This document shows, piece by piece, positions 15,114 through 24,899 of a stretch of DNA of 39,568 bases; the stretch's first letter is position 1, and each line of letters starts with the position of its first letter. The stretch is taken from positions 1-39,568 of the IMG/VR virus record IMGVR_UViG_3300048861_000106; one strand, written 5' to 3'. The DNA comes from a virus. Lineage: Duplodnaviria > Caudoviricetes. Under the pieces are notes generated by a model, which saw nothing but the letters and a program-made list of their open reading frames with translations, did not search any database and had not been told where the DNA came from. Made by a program: the position numbers and the translations under genes.

Positions 15114-18100
15114 GCTTCTTGGTAGCCCCACCCTGGAGGATGTCGTCCTGGAGGACGAGCAGGATGTCATTCTTGCCCATCTGCGGCCGCTCGCTCTCCT
15201 TCACCACCCAAACATTGGTTTCCTGGCGAGGCGCCTGAATGTTGGTGAAGGCGCTGCCTTGGACCTTGTCGAGCCCTTTGGCACCGTGCTGATTGATTGC
15301 ATCCATGAAAGGGAGCCCGAGGCTTTCGACGGCCCGGCTCCGCACGACGTACTCGCCCTGCGCCAGCTTTGCGTCGACGCTGTCGCGGTTCGACACCCCT
15401 TGAGAAACGAAGTTGTTGTAGCCGCCGGTGATGAACTTGCGCGGCTCGCCCGCCGGGCCGCCAGTGATCTGACCAGGGGCGGGCTTTTTGCCGATTGTCG
15501 TGCCACCCGGGCCGCTTTCCAGTTGCAAGCCAAATGCGCCGAGGATCGCCTTGACCGCCATAAGCGCGAGCGCCTTCGCGATGATCTGTACGACGAACTG
15601 AGCAAATGCCTTGATGAAGCCGGTCAGGGCCTGCTTCACCGTGGCGGTGCCCTCCGCGATCTTGGTGAACATCGTGGCGAGCTGATCAGTGAACATATCG
15701 AGCGCTGGCCCGACGTTGTTCTCCAGCGTCTTGCCCCAGCTATCCATCGCGCCGGAGTTGTCTGCCCATGCCGCGACTGCATCCTTCAATCGGTCGCCGA
15801 GCGGGATCGCTGTAAAGGCTAGAGTGCGCTCGTTGATCGACTGCTGAAGATCGCGCTGCTCCTGCAGGGTCTTGTTCAGTTCCTCCTGCTTCTCGCGGAT
15901 CTTTTCGAGCTGCGCAGCCTTGTCCTCGCCTTCTGGAAGGCCAGCGACGGCATCGGTCGCGCTCATCAATCCGACCGCTTGCGTCACGCCCTTTTGGCCC
16001 AGCAGCGACACCTGCGTGCGATCGCGCGCCAACTCAGCTTCTCGGGCTTCCCGCTGCAGCCGATACTGAGCGCCCGCACCAACTCGGGAGCGATTTAGCT
16101 CGCTGCCGGCCGTATTTTGACGCTGCTGGGCTCGCTTGACCGGGAGGTTGGCTGACCGGACGCCTTGGTCATATACGCGCTCGGCTTCCTTCCATACCCG
16201 GTCGAGATCCTTCGACGCTGCGTCCGCGATCTGGCGATAAAACTCCGCATACCAGTTGCGCAGATCCGCCTTGATCTTCTCTTCCAGCTCGCCCCGCGCA
16301 CCTTTGCGTAGATCTTCGCCGGCGGCGGTAAGGCCCTCTGTTGGATGCTCGACGTCGAACTGCTTCAGCGCGGCATCGCGGTAGGCGACAAAGGCCGCGT
16401 CTAGCTGGTTCTTCAGGTCGAAGATCGGAGCGCTGCCGGCCTTCGCCTCGTTGATAATCGCGGAGATCGTTTTGGTTTGGGTGCCGACTGCGGAACTGGC
16501 TCGCGCCTTACGGAGCGATTCCTCATCCTGCTCCTGCTGCTTCCGCAGGCGCTCAGTCTCGGAGTCCTCAGCGCGCTGAGCGGAGGACCGCTTAGCGGTC
16601 CAACCGAAATGGTAGTGGCCGCCAGTCGCCTGCTTCGACGGGTTCTTGAACTCGTCGAGGAAGCCATTCGGCCCCTTGGGCACTTCCAAGCCCAGCCGCT
16701 CGATGAAGGCGCGGACGTTATCCGGCGTCACGCCCTGCGGGAGTTTCGTGACGTCGATCGCATTGCCGCCCGGCTTTGTGTGCAGTGAACCAGGAACATA
16801 GCCTGCGTCTCCCGGCATCCGCTGACGGGCGAAGCTGATCACGATGCCTGGGAAGGCTTTCTTCAGCTCGGCAGCCACCTCTGCGGCCGGCTTGTTCGTT
16901 CCTTTGTCGGCCGCGTCCGGGTGGTCCTTGTCCCGCTCCTCCTTCGCGACGCGGTCCGCTCGCGTGACGCGCGCCAATTCGCCGGTGAGCTGGTCGATCG
17001 TTCCAGAGATATCGAGGAACGCCGCGGTGCCCTGCTGTGCGCCTGCGAGTTGCTTCCGCAGATCCGTCAGCTGCCGACCGACACGCGCCTTCGTCTGCAG
17101 GAGCTGGGTATCACCCGAGCCCGCCTCCCGCTGGTTTGCGTCGAGGCCGTTGGTGACGTCCGTGCGGGCCGAAACGACCATCTGCTCGCGCGCCTGCCCT
17201 GCGGTGCTGGACTTCGCGTTGAATAAGTCGACCGTGCGTTTTGCGTTTAGGACGTCCTGGTTCTTGGCAGCCGCTTGCTTGAGGAGATCAACACGCTCGG
17301 ACAGGAGCTTAATTAGATCCTGTAAGGATTTGTTTTGGCCCTTCTCCATCTTCAGCCGGTTGAGGACGCTCTGTGCGTTGATCACGGCATCGGTACTCAG
17401 GTCGATTTTGCCAGCGATTTGGAAGGCCGAGTTGACGTTGGCGTCGGCATAGGTCGCCCCATGCCCCATGCCCTGCATCGACACACCGTTTTGCTGCAGA
17501 CGCTTGATCAGAGCGTCGCGCTCCTCCTGAGCTGCGATACCCTTCGTTTCTGCGTCAGAGGCTGTCTGCTTCAGGGCCTGCGCCCGATAGTTGAGCATCG
17601 ACTGGAGCAGATCGTCGTAGCTTTTTGCTACGCCACCCAAGTTGGCGGACAATCCTGAGAAGCGGTCGGCAAGCGTTATCGTCTCAGTCGTCAGCGCCGC
17701 GGTGTTGGCTTTGAGGATCGAGTTGCGGTTGATCAGTTCGTCGATCGCCTCATCGACCGACTTCACCGTCTGCTTTTGGGCTGACAGCTTGGCGTCGGCC
17801 TCGTTGGTGGCAGCGGTGAGTTTGTCCATCTCATCGTGGGTGCTGCGCAACGAGCCGATGAACGCCGCAAGACCCGCGATCGCGCCCGCGATAGGGTTGA
17901 TCAGGCCGATTGTGAGCCCAACCGCCAGACCATCCTGAACTGCGCGGCCGAACACACCTACGCCGCTGGTCGCATCGGCAAAGGAACCCGTCAGTGCGCC
18001 GATAACGCCCACGACGGCGCTCACACCGTCCAGCGCCGTCTTCAAGGCATTGACGAACGGACCAGCCAGGTCGGTGCCGAGTGAACCGACGAGATTGAGG

Positions 18101-20079
18101 AATTTCTGCCATTTGGCTGAAAGGGAGTCCATTGCGACTTCGTTCGCACGAGCCGCCGCTCCGCTCTCACCAATCGCCCTTTGCAGGTCATCGAACTCTT
18201 CGATCTGCCCTTTGAAGGCGAGGAAGGAGCTCGCCGCGCGAACCTCGAAGCTGCTATAGGCCGCCTCGGCGGTGAATCCCGCCTTCGCGAGCGTTCGCAC
18301 GACTTCGGCTACGCCCTTTGACTTCACATCGACATCAGCCAACGACAGGCCTACGTCTTTAAGTTCCTTCTTGAAATTCTCGGTCGGCGTTTTTAGGTCG
18401 ACAAGAAGCTGACGGAGCCCAGTACCGATCGTCGAGCCTGACCGGATACCCGCGTTGGCCAAGCTAGCGGCGATCGTGGTCAACTCTTCGAAGTTGACAC
18501 CACTCTCGTGCGCGGTCGCGCCCGCGTACTGGATCGCGGCCTGCATCTGGTTGATGCTGAGCTTCGAACGGTTCAGCCCCTGGACGAGCACGTCGACAAC
18601 GTGCGTGCTCTCGGATGCCTGAAGCTGGAACGCGCCCAGGGTGCTGGTGAGCGTGTCGACTGCTTCCGTGGGTGAGCTGCCCGACGCACTGGCGAGAGTG
18701 AGCGCGTCCTTCAGGACCGTGCTCATTTCCTGCGCCGAATAACCGGCCTGCGCGATCTGCGTGGCCGCCTTGGTGATCTCAAGCGCCGAGAATTTCGTGT
18801 TCTGGCTGACGGACACGATTGTCTCGCTCAGCCCCTTCATCTCGGTGTCGGTCGCCCCGGCAATCGCCTGCAAGCCCTTCAGGGCGTCCTCGAAATCGAC
18901 GACGTATTTGACACCGCCCTGAAGTGCGTTGATGGCGGCGAACACGCCCTGCGACAGCACCGCAGCACCGAGCATGCGACCGCCAAGTGCAAGTCCGCCG
19001 TCGCTGAACAGCATCGAAGTGATCGACTTCATCCGCTGCTCGGGAAGGTTGTTGAAGGCCTTCTGTTGGGCGATCGCCTCGGATACGTTGGAGGTGAGCC
19101 GCTGCCAGGACTGGTTCAGCCGGTCGATGACCTTCTGCGGGCGATCCTGCGCCAGCGCGCTGCCCATCATCTCACGCAGACGGCCGAGCTTGGAGACGTT
19201 TGCATCGATGCCGCGACCCAGTGCCACCATGTCGAAGCCACGCGCTTGATCGGTCGTGTACCGATACTGGTTGGCGCCACGCTCCAGCTGCGCGCGCAAC
19301 ATCGCGTCCGACATGTTGGCGTTTGACTGGACCGACCGACGCACGGCAGCTTCGTTCCGGCCAGCGGCTATTGCCGCGTCCGCCTCAGCTTTCGTCAGCT
19401 GCCGATAGCGCTCGGTCAGCGTTCCGATCTGCGTGATTTCGGTCGTCCAAGTTGACCGGTTCGGGTTCTGAACGCGCTGCAGGAGCGCATCCTGCGCTTT
19501 CTGTATGTCGGCGCGGAGCTTCAGCGCGTCGGAACTCTGGCCAGTGCCGGCATTGGCGTTGCGGGCATCAAGCCGCTCCAGCTCCTGCTCCAGCCGGCGA
19601 ACCTGCTTGATCGCGTTTTCGGTGTTGTAGGCCTTGTTCAGATCACGGGTCGTGACCTTCCGACCGGCATCGTTCAGCGCCGCAAACTTCGAGTTCAGCT
19701 GGGTGAGCCGGACGCTCAGCGCGTCCGACGCTTTACCAGTGCTGTCGAGTGCCTGACTGATACGCGCTGCGGCAGCGGCCTTCCGGCCAAGCGCCTGGTC
19801 ATCGAGCCCGTCCAGCAGCTTGTTGCCCTTGGCTCGGCCGGCGCTGGACAGGACGTTCTGGAGCGTGCTCGCTTCACCAACGAGGCGCTGCAACAGCTGG
19901 ACCTGCTTGCGGAGCGAGTCTTCGCTTTTATGACCGCCGGCGGTCATTGTATCGCTCAGCTTGCCGAGACCAGCGATCGTCTTGTTGATCTCACGCCCGA
20001 AGGCTTCCAGCGGCTTGAGCAGCTGGTCGCCATTCGCGCGCAGATTAATGTTCTGGGTGAGCTTACTGTCGAGTGCCAC
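15085..20079 (-). CDS. Tape measure protein with an embedded M15-like zinc peptidase domain
   Basis: 1664 aa Ala/Leu-rich helical protein; TP901-type core (TKFSALEI..A...AQAG, LANAGIRSGS..GTGLR); SLH...AID...GHYH near 16600-16854. Confidence 0.95.
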   Translation of the reverse strand: MALDSKLTQNINLRANGDQLLKPLEAFGREINKTIAGLGKLSDTMTAGGHKSEDSLRKQVQLLQRLVGEASTLQNVLSSAGRAKGNKLLDGLDDQALGRKAAAAARISQALDSTGKASDALSVRLTQLNSKFAALNDAGRKVTTRDLNKAYNTENAIKQVRRLEQELERLDARNANAGTGQSSDALKLRADIQKAQDALLQRVQNPNRSTWTTEITQIGTLTERYRQLTKAEADAAIAAGRNEAAVRRSVQSNANMSDAMLRAQLERGANQYRYTTDQARGFDMVALGRGIDANVSKLGRLREMMGSALAQDRPQKVIDRLNQSWQRLTSNVSEAIAQQKAFNNLPEQRMKSITSMLFSDGGLALGGRMLGAAVLSQGVFAAINALQGGVKYVVDFEDALKGLQAIAGATDTEMKGLSETIVSVSQNTKFSALEITKAATQIAQAGYSAQEMSTVLKDALTLASASGSSPTEAVDTLTSTLGAFQLQASESTHVVDVLVQGLNRSKLSINQMQAAIQYAGATAHESGVNFEELTTIAASLANAGIRSGSTIGTGLRQLLVDLKTPTENFKKELKDVGLSLADVDVKSKGVAEVVRTLAKAGFTAEAAYSSFEVRAASSFLAFKGQIEEFDDLQRAIGESGAAARANEVAMDSLSAKWQKFLNLVGSLGTDLAGPFVNALKTALDGVSAVVGVIGALTGSFADATSGVGVFGRAVQDGLAVGLTIGLINPIAGAIAGLAAFIGSLRSTHDEMDKLTAATNEADAKLSAQKQTVKSVDEAIDELINRNSILKANTAALTTETITLADRFSGLSANLGGVAKSYDDLLQSMLNYRAQALKQTASDAETKGIAAQEERDALIKRLQQNGVSMQGMGHGATYADANVNSAFQIAGKIDLSTDAVINAQSVLNRLKMEKGQNKSLQDLIKLLSERVDLLKQAAAKNQDVLNAKRTVDLFNAKSSTAGQAREQMVVSARTDVTNGLDANQREAGSGDTQLLQTKARVGRQLTDLRKQLAGAQQGTAAFLDISGTIDQLTGELARVTRADRVAKEERDKDHPDAADKGTNKPAAEVAAELKKAFPGIVISFARQRMPGDAGYVPGSLHTKPGGNAIDVTKLPQGVTPDNVRAFIERLGLEVPKGPNGFLDEFKNPSKQATGGHYHFGWTAKRSSAQRAEDSETERLRKQQEQDEESLRKARASSAVGTQTKTISAIINEAKAGSAPIFDLKNQLDAAFVAYRDAALKQFDVEHPTEGLTAAGEDLRKGARGELEEKIKADLRNWYAEFYRQIADAASKDLDRVWKEAERVYDQGVRSANLPVKRAQQRQNTAGSELNRSRVGAGAQYRLQREAREAELARDRTQVSLLGQKGVTQAVGLMSATDAVAGLPEGEDKAAQLEKIREKQEELNKTLQEQRDLQQSINERTLAFTAIPLGDRLKDAVAAWADNSGAMDSWGKTLENNVGPALDMFTDQLATMFTKIAEGTATVKQALTGFIKAFAQFVVQIIAKALALMAVKAILGAFGLQLESGPGGTTIGKKPAPGQITGGPAGEPRKFITGGYNNFVSQGVSNRDSVDAKLAQGEYVVRSRAVESLGLPFMDAINQHGAKGLDKVQGSAFTNIQAPRQETNVWVVKESERPQMGKNDILLVLQDDILQGGATKKLIRQVAQGG

Positions 20080-20080
20080 G

Positions 20081-20358
20081 TTACAGGCTCAACAGCTGCC
20101 CGACGCGGGCTTTGAAGTGCGCCGGAGTCGCGTTTGAGAGGTCTTCGGTGATAGGCCCCTTGCTCTCCTTCTTACCACCAAACGCGGCGGCAGTTACCTC
20201 AACCAAGGCAGTGTAGAAAGAAAGATGCGACGCAGTGGCTTCACCCACCTTTAATTCAACCCTCTTGCGCAGCTCGTAGAAGCTGTATCTCCAGTAGATC
20301 TCGGGAAGATCACTTTCACAACACCCGAATACCCACTGGAGCGCATCTTCAAAGGTTA
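20081..20358 (-). CDS. Tail assembly chaperone GT extension reached by -1 frameshift
   Basis: Open -1 frame overlapping the end of G, ending 1 nt before the tape measure start; no convincing start of its own. Confidence 0.65.
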
Positions 20359-20784
20359 ATTTTCCGCACCAACTTGTGAAAGGCTCGATTGGGTTAGGTG
20401 CTGGATCGTTCCCTGATATTTTTCGCCGATCTTGGCCGTCTTCGCGGCCGATCGCATAAAAAAATGCAGGATGTGTTCTCCGACCCAAGCCACGAGGTCA
20501 TCCAGCTGATCGATGTCCAGATCGAGATCGAACGGATCGATCAGATCTTCATCTTTGTCGACACGCTTGTTGCCGGTCAGCATGCGGCGGATGACGTAGT
20601 CCCTGAGATATGGGTCCTTGACGATCAGGTCGGTAATCTGCTCGGGCGACGGGATCACCTTCATGATCTCGTTGAAGAGCCCGTAGCTCATAATGAGGGT
20701 GGTTTTTTCTTCACCGATGGTGATGTCGAAGGTGCGGGAAGGTTTCGGCAGATCCACCGATGGGTGCTCCGTGGTAGCCCCCAC
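20356..20784 (-). CDS. Tail assembly chaperone G
   Basis: Acidic 142-aa protein between tail tube and tape measure; GGGGAG SD and GTG start. Confidence 0.75.
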   Translation of the reverse strand: MGATTEHPSVDLPKPSRTFDITIGEEKTTLIMSYGLFNEIMKVIPSPEQITDLIVKDPYLRDYVIRRMLTGNKRVDKDEDLIDPFDLDLDIDQLDDLVAWVGEHILHFFMRSAAKTAKIGEKYQGTIQHLTQSSLSQVGAEN

Positions 20785-20812
20785 AAGAACTCCCCGCCAA
20801 TACGGCGGGGAG
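20785..20812 (-). terminator. Hairpin after the tail tube gene containing the SD of G
   Basis: CUCCCCGCC-GUAUU-GGCGGGGAG then UUCUU and GUG. Confidence 0.6.
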
Positions 20813-20842
20813 CGTAGGTGTTCAAGGGGTTTTACGGTGACC

Positions 20843-21673
20843 TTACAGGTACACCAGACCCTGCTGCGTCGTTCCGATTTCCGCCAATCGGCCTTCGATT
20901 TCCGACTGCGCGAGGAAGTAAGGATCGAACTCGAACGGCATGCTGGTGTAGTTGCCTTCGTCGAACGTGATCTGGAAGCCGCGCTTCACCTTCACCTTCG
21001 GGAGCACGAGGGTCACCGGGCGCTCGTAGTTGGCGAGCGTCCCCACGGCCTTCACCGAGAAGAACTCCTGGTCGGCGGTCGAGGCAACGGGAACTTCGTT
21101 CACCACCCAGACGCGCGAGCCGGCCGGGAAGGTCATGTCCTTCGGAATGTCGACGGTCAGCGTCAGGTCCGAAGACGTGATCGTCGCTGCGGCAGTCGTC
21201 CTCACAGGCAGCACGTAGTCGTTGCCAGTGCCCGACACCTGGATCAGCACGGTGGTGCCAACCGGCACGTCGGCAATGGTCGCGATGCCCGACCCAGACT
21301 GGCCCGGCAGCGGATCGCTGTTCACGATGATGGTCGATGCGGCGCCCTTGGCTTCAGCCTTCAGCTTACCGCGCTTCACATCCACCGCCGCGCGGTTCAT
21401 CGACATCGAGTAGAAGACGTTCTGCGCGGAGAACTCGAACACCTCGCAGCTCAGGCTCGTCTTCACGTTCGAGCGTTTGGAGTCGATCAGGTTCTGCTGG
21501 ATGCCCTTGCGGAGCTCGATCGTGTCGGACTCCTGGCTCAGCGTGATGTTGCGGACCATGCCCAGCGAGTGCTTCTCGGGGGTCAGCTCGAATACACTCG
21601 CGGAACCATAAGGCGCCATCATGAGCGTGGCTTCGCCGAGCAGGAAGGCGTTGTTCTTGACGTCAGCGGCCAT
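20843..21673 (-). CDS. Major tail tube protein
   Basis: FLLGEATLM, HSLGMVRNITL, LVLPKVKV.RGFQITF....YTSMPFEF; synteny; GGAG SD. Confidence 0.85.
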   Translation of the reverse strand: MAADVKNNAFLLGEATLMMAPYGSASVFELTPEKHSLGMVRNITLSQESDTIELRKGIQQNLIDSKRSNVKTSLSCEVFEFSAQNVFYSMSMNRAAVDVKRGKLKAEAKGAASTIIVNSDPLPGQSGSGIATIADVPVGTTVLIQVSGTGNDYVLPVRTTAAATITSSDLTLTVDIPKDMTFPAGSRVWVVNEVPVASTADQEFFSVKAVGTLANYERPVTLVLPKVKVKRGFQITFDEGNYTSMPFEFDPYFLAQSEIEGRLAEIGTTQQGLVYL

Positions 21674-21759
21674 CTAACTGGTCCATCTCCAAGTGAAATA
21701 CTCACTCTTCCCTTGACGACGGGCTGAAGCGCTCTCAATGAAAACGGGGGCGCACCGCG

Positions 21760-21981
21760 ATGAACCGGACGGAGCATTTAGTGAAAACTCGCCCTTTTAC
21801 GTTACGGCTGCCTGAAGACCTTTATCTACAGGTTTCGGATCGAGCAGCTGCAAGCGACAGGACGAATAACGCAACTGTGATTGAGCTGATCGAGATCGGC
21901 CTGGGGAAGAAGATGGACGTGCGGCTCGCGCTGCAGAACCTTCTAGCCCGAGAGTTTCCGGACGATGCCATCACTACGTGA
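21760..21981 (+). CDS. Arc-like ribbon-helix-helix DNA-binding protein
   Basis: FTLRLPEDL...V...A....RT.N..VIELI Arc/MetJ pattern; TTGACG box at 21713. Confidence 0.8.
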   Translation: MNRTEHLVKTRPFTLRLPEDLYLQVSDRAAASDRTNNATVIELIEIGLGKKMDVRLALQNLLAREFPDDAITT

Positions 21982-22513
21982 CGCAAATGATCGATTTGGC
22001 ACCCTGCTGACCGTCATCGAAGGCGGCGTGGGGAGCTTTCAGGGCATCCTCTCAGAGCCAAACCAGGGTGAAGTGTCGGCGTCTCAGCTGACGCTCCCTC
22101 GCCGATTGCTTCGGGTGCCCGCCGGCCTGCCCGTGAGAGCGGGCATGACACTCCGTGCGCCCGACGGCTCGACATTCATGGTGGCAATCAACGGCGCGAG
22201 CGAGGGCCTGGACGGAACGAGGTTCAATAGCTTCCGGCTATTCCAAGCCGCCCGCCAATACAGCTGGCAGCAGCGCGAACGTTCGATAGACCCTATCACG
22301 CGGCTGGAACGGGACGACGGGCTAGTTGAGCGCGGTCCCGTTTGGGGCGCCTACGAACCCTTGCAGGAGCTGTTCGATCGTCAGATCCACAGCAGCCTCG
22401 AAAGCGGCCGGTTCATCACCACAGCGCCCGTCCAGCGCGACGACATGGTCAACGGCATGCGGGTATCACGCGCCGAGGAGCAAATGGGGCTCCGGGTGCT
22501 TACCCTCGGGTAA
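21965..22513 (+). CDS. Putative head-closure-like virion protein on the opposite strand
   Basis: Two beta-rich halves ending in PVRAGMTL...TFMV and PVQRDDMVNGMRV; lies among the neck genes; overlaps the Arc gene. Confidence 0.45.
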   Translation: MPSLRDANDRFGTLLTVIEGGVGSFQGILSEPNQGEVSASQLTLPRRLLRVPAGLPVRAGMTLRAPDGSTFMVAINGASEGLDGTRFNSFRLFQAARQYSWQQRERSIDPITRLERDDGLVERGPVWGAYEPLQELFDRQIHSSLESGRFITTAPVQRDDMVNGMRVSRAEEQMGLRVLTLG

Positions 22514-22516
22514 CCT

Positions 22517-23422
22517 CTAGGAACTCGCGCCTTGTTGGATGAGCCGTTCCGTCCGGCGCCAAACCGCATTCGGTATAGCGCGGGTGAGGTAGAAGCTGAC
22601 AAACGGCTCAAGAGCAAAGCGGGCCTTCGCTCCCTTCGGACGGCGGAGCAGCTTCGCCCTAGCATCCTGGTCGTGGATCAGCGTCGCAAGCCCATCGCCG
22701 GATGCCGGTTCAGCGAACTTAGGGTCCATACTTCGGCGACCCAAGGCGGGGAGCATTGCGGGCGTGATATTGCCGAAGGCGACCACCTCCAGTCGCCCGA
22801 CCTGAAAATCTGAGACGATGCGCCCCGACCGACCCGACACGGTGACAGACGCCGACAGGCCGCTGTTCGCCTGGCTCGCGGAGAGGCCCTTCTTGGCCTG
22901 GGTTTGGTTGCGCGCTCGCGTAAAGCGCACCGCGATTGGGCCAAAAGCGTCGAGGTAGATCTGAGGATCCGAAAGGGTCCGCATCAGTTGCCCCGACATA
23001 TCCCACCAGTTCGCGCCGTAGCCATGCCGCTGTTTCCAGCGCAGGTATTTCGGGCTGCGTTTCGCCCATCGGATGCCCGTTGTTTGCCGATCGAATGTCG
23101 GCCGGAAGCCGGCGCTCTCGAACGTGGCAGACGCTCCCTCCTTGATCGACATGCTGCCCGATGGTCCGGAGTATTTTGCGGGGAGAGACAGATTGGAGCC
23201 GATCAACATCGCCATCCGACTGACCTCGGCCATCACGGTTTGCTGGACCGAGCGGACCAGCGTGGCGCGCGCATATTTGTAAGCATCCTCGCTGGCCGAA
23301 AGCCCCACCTCATTGACTATCAATCGGGCAAAAGCATTGGTCCGGGCCTGCAGTTCACGCGGAGCCGTCCCAAGCGACTGAGCACTGGAGGTGAAGCCAA
23401 AATTGATATCGAGATCGGCCAT
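22517..23422 (-). CDS. Putative neck / tail completion protein
   Basis: Basic 301-aa protein with W..RSPKY..WK...WW..SGQL motif; synteny. Confidence 0.55.
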   Translation of the reverse strand: MADLDINFGFTSSAQSLGTAPRELQARTNAFARLIVNEVGLSASEDAYKYARATLVRSVQQTVMAEVSRMAMLIGSNLSLPAKYSGPSGSMSIKEGASATFESAGFRPTFDRQTTGIRWAKRSPKYLRWKQRHGYGANWWDMSGQLMRTLSDPQIYLDAFGPIAVRFTRARNQTQAKKGLSASQANSGLSASVTVSGRSGRIVSDFQVGRLEVVAFGNITPAMLPALGRRSMDPKFAEPASGDGLATLIHDQDARAKLLRRPKGAKARFALEPFVSFYLTRAIPNAVWRRTERLIQQGASS

Positions 23423-23862
23423 CAGGCCGACGTCCGCTTCAGCTCCAGTCCGATCGGTCGATAATTGCGCTTCTCCGAATTACCCGCAGGGAGCATCTCA
23501 AACTCCTTCACCACGAGCTGCGTGTACTCATCCCCGGTGTCGGGGTCGCGCATCGGTATCGGGCATTCCTCGCCCCATTTGTCGTGGATGACGTCGATCA
23601 GTTCCTGCTCGCGAAACAGGTTCGCGTCGTTGAAGGTGGAGATCGTAATGCCGGCGTGGACCATCCACAGCCCTCGGTTCTCATGGAAACTCCAGCCAGC
23701 TAAACCGATCAAATCAGTAGCTGGAAGTTCAGATTCATCGCCGCGGTTGTCCCAGGAATGGTACTGGACAGTGTCGCTGCCGCCGCCATTGCGCGCGCTC
23801 TCAACCGTGTCGACCAGATGACGTACCAGCGACTTGTAGATGCTGGAGATCCGAAAGCTCAC
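23422..23862 (-). CDS. Putative tail terminator protein
   Basis: 146 aa, translationally coupled in the neck region; size and synteny. Confidence 0.55.
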   Translation of the reverse strand: MSFRISSIYKSLVRHLVDTVESARNGGGSDTVQYHSWDNRGDESELPATDLIGLAGWSFHENRGLWMVHAGITISTFNDANLFREQELIDVIHDKWGEECPIPMRDPDTGDEYTQLVVKEFEMLPAGNSEKRNYRPIGLELKRTSA

Positions 23863-24569
23863 AGCGTGTCGCCCGTGAGCGCATCCGTCGCGCGAGCGGC
23901 GGTGCCGAAGGAGAAGGCAGCCAACTCACCTTCGCTATAGGTCGGGTCGATCGCCTCGCGAGCACGGGCGATATGCCGCTGGAGATCGTCCTCGATGCGG
24001 CCCCAGTCGATGCCGGCAAAGCGCTGGTATTCGTTCGTGCCGCTGGTTTCCCGTTGCGCGATCTTCAGCTGAAGAGTCGGCAAGGCCGACATCGCTGCAG
24101 TCGCTTCGATCGCATGAACACAGAGCAGCGCAGCGTGGTCGCCAGCGCCTGAAATCGCGTCGAGCAAGCCGTCGTCGAAGAAGGAACGGAAGTTGGCATA
24201 AGCGGATAGGAGGTCCACCTCTCCATCCTTCAGTTCGTGAATCTCGACCCCCAGCTTTGACCGGACCCCACCCGTGGTGACGGCGAACGGGAGATGCCGC
24301 TCTACTCGGTAGGCGACCCGATCAGACACGAGGTCATCCGCCGTCAGATAGTTCCACGAGAGGATACGGTCCTCGAAGAGCGGGAGGCTGCAAGTGTTCA
24401 AAGCACCATCAATCACGAGAAGATGGCTGATTGCGCCTTCGGCCGGTGCGACCTCTCCTTCGCTCAGCGTGATGCCCATGCCATCGCGCAAGCGAAACGA
24501 GACAGCACCGGCGGGGAGGCCGGTGCTGAACTCGATACGCTGGCCGAAAGGGGAACCGGCCCAGACCAT
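23859..24569 (-). CDS. Putative head-tail adaptor
   Basis: VRSKLGV...EL.D..VDL motif; second gene after the capsid gene. Confidence 0.55.
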   Translation of the reverse strand: MVWAGSPFGQRIEFSTGLPAGAVSFRLRDGMGITLSEGEVAPAEGAISHLLVIDGALNTCSLPLFEDRILSWNYLTADDLVSDRVAYRVERHLPFAVTTGGVRSKLGVEIHELKDGEVDLLSAYANFRSFFDDGLLDAISGAGDHAALLCVHAIEATAAMSALPTLQLKIAQRETSGTNEYQRFAGIDWGRIEDDLQRHIARAREAIDPTYSEGELAAFSFGTAARATDALTGDTL

Positions 24570-24571
24570 GG

Positions 24572-24853
24572 TTACTTCCGCGCGACGGGCTTTGGTGCCG
24601 GTGCCGTCTTCGTGTCCGCCGGGCGGGGCAGCTCGGCGACCGCCTTGTCCAGCTCCACCTTGTTTCGAGCACGCGCCAGCGATGCGTCCTCGGCGTCCTC
24701 AGCCAGAACTTCGAGAATGCGCAGCTTCCGGCCTTTTTGGGTCTCGATAAACGGGGTCGAGGTGACCACGGTCGGCCGATAGGCCTCGACCACCTGCCGT
24801 CCTATGAGGTCCTGAAGGCTGAAGTTGCCAGTGGGTTCTACGAGGTACTTCAT
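24572..24853 (-). CDS. Hypothetical virion-associated protein
   Basis: GGAG SD and ATG; directly after the capsid gene; Pro/Lys-rich tail. Confidence 0.65.
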   Translation of the reverse strand: MKYLVEPTGNFSLQDLIGRQVVEAYRPTVVTSTPFIETQKGRKLRILEVLAEDAEDASLARARNKVELDKAVAELPRPADTKTAPAPKPVARK

Positions 24854-24871
24854 TGTCAGTCTCCGCAGTGT

Positions 24872-24893
24872 GGGAGGGGGCGAGCCCCCTCCC
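24872..24893 (-). terminator. Stable hairpin after the major capsid gene
   Basis: GGGAGGGGG-CUCG-CCCCCUCCC; no U tract, so more likely a stabiliser or weak attenuator. Confidence 0.55.
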
Positions 24894-24899
24894 CGGCGC

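Noticed and set aside
21680-22530. Recombinase-invertible segment explaining the inverted Arc and neck-like genes
   Set aside because: No matching inverted repeats at the two ends and no recombinase in the window
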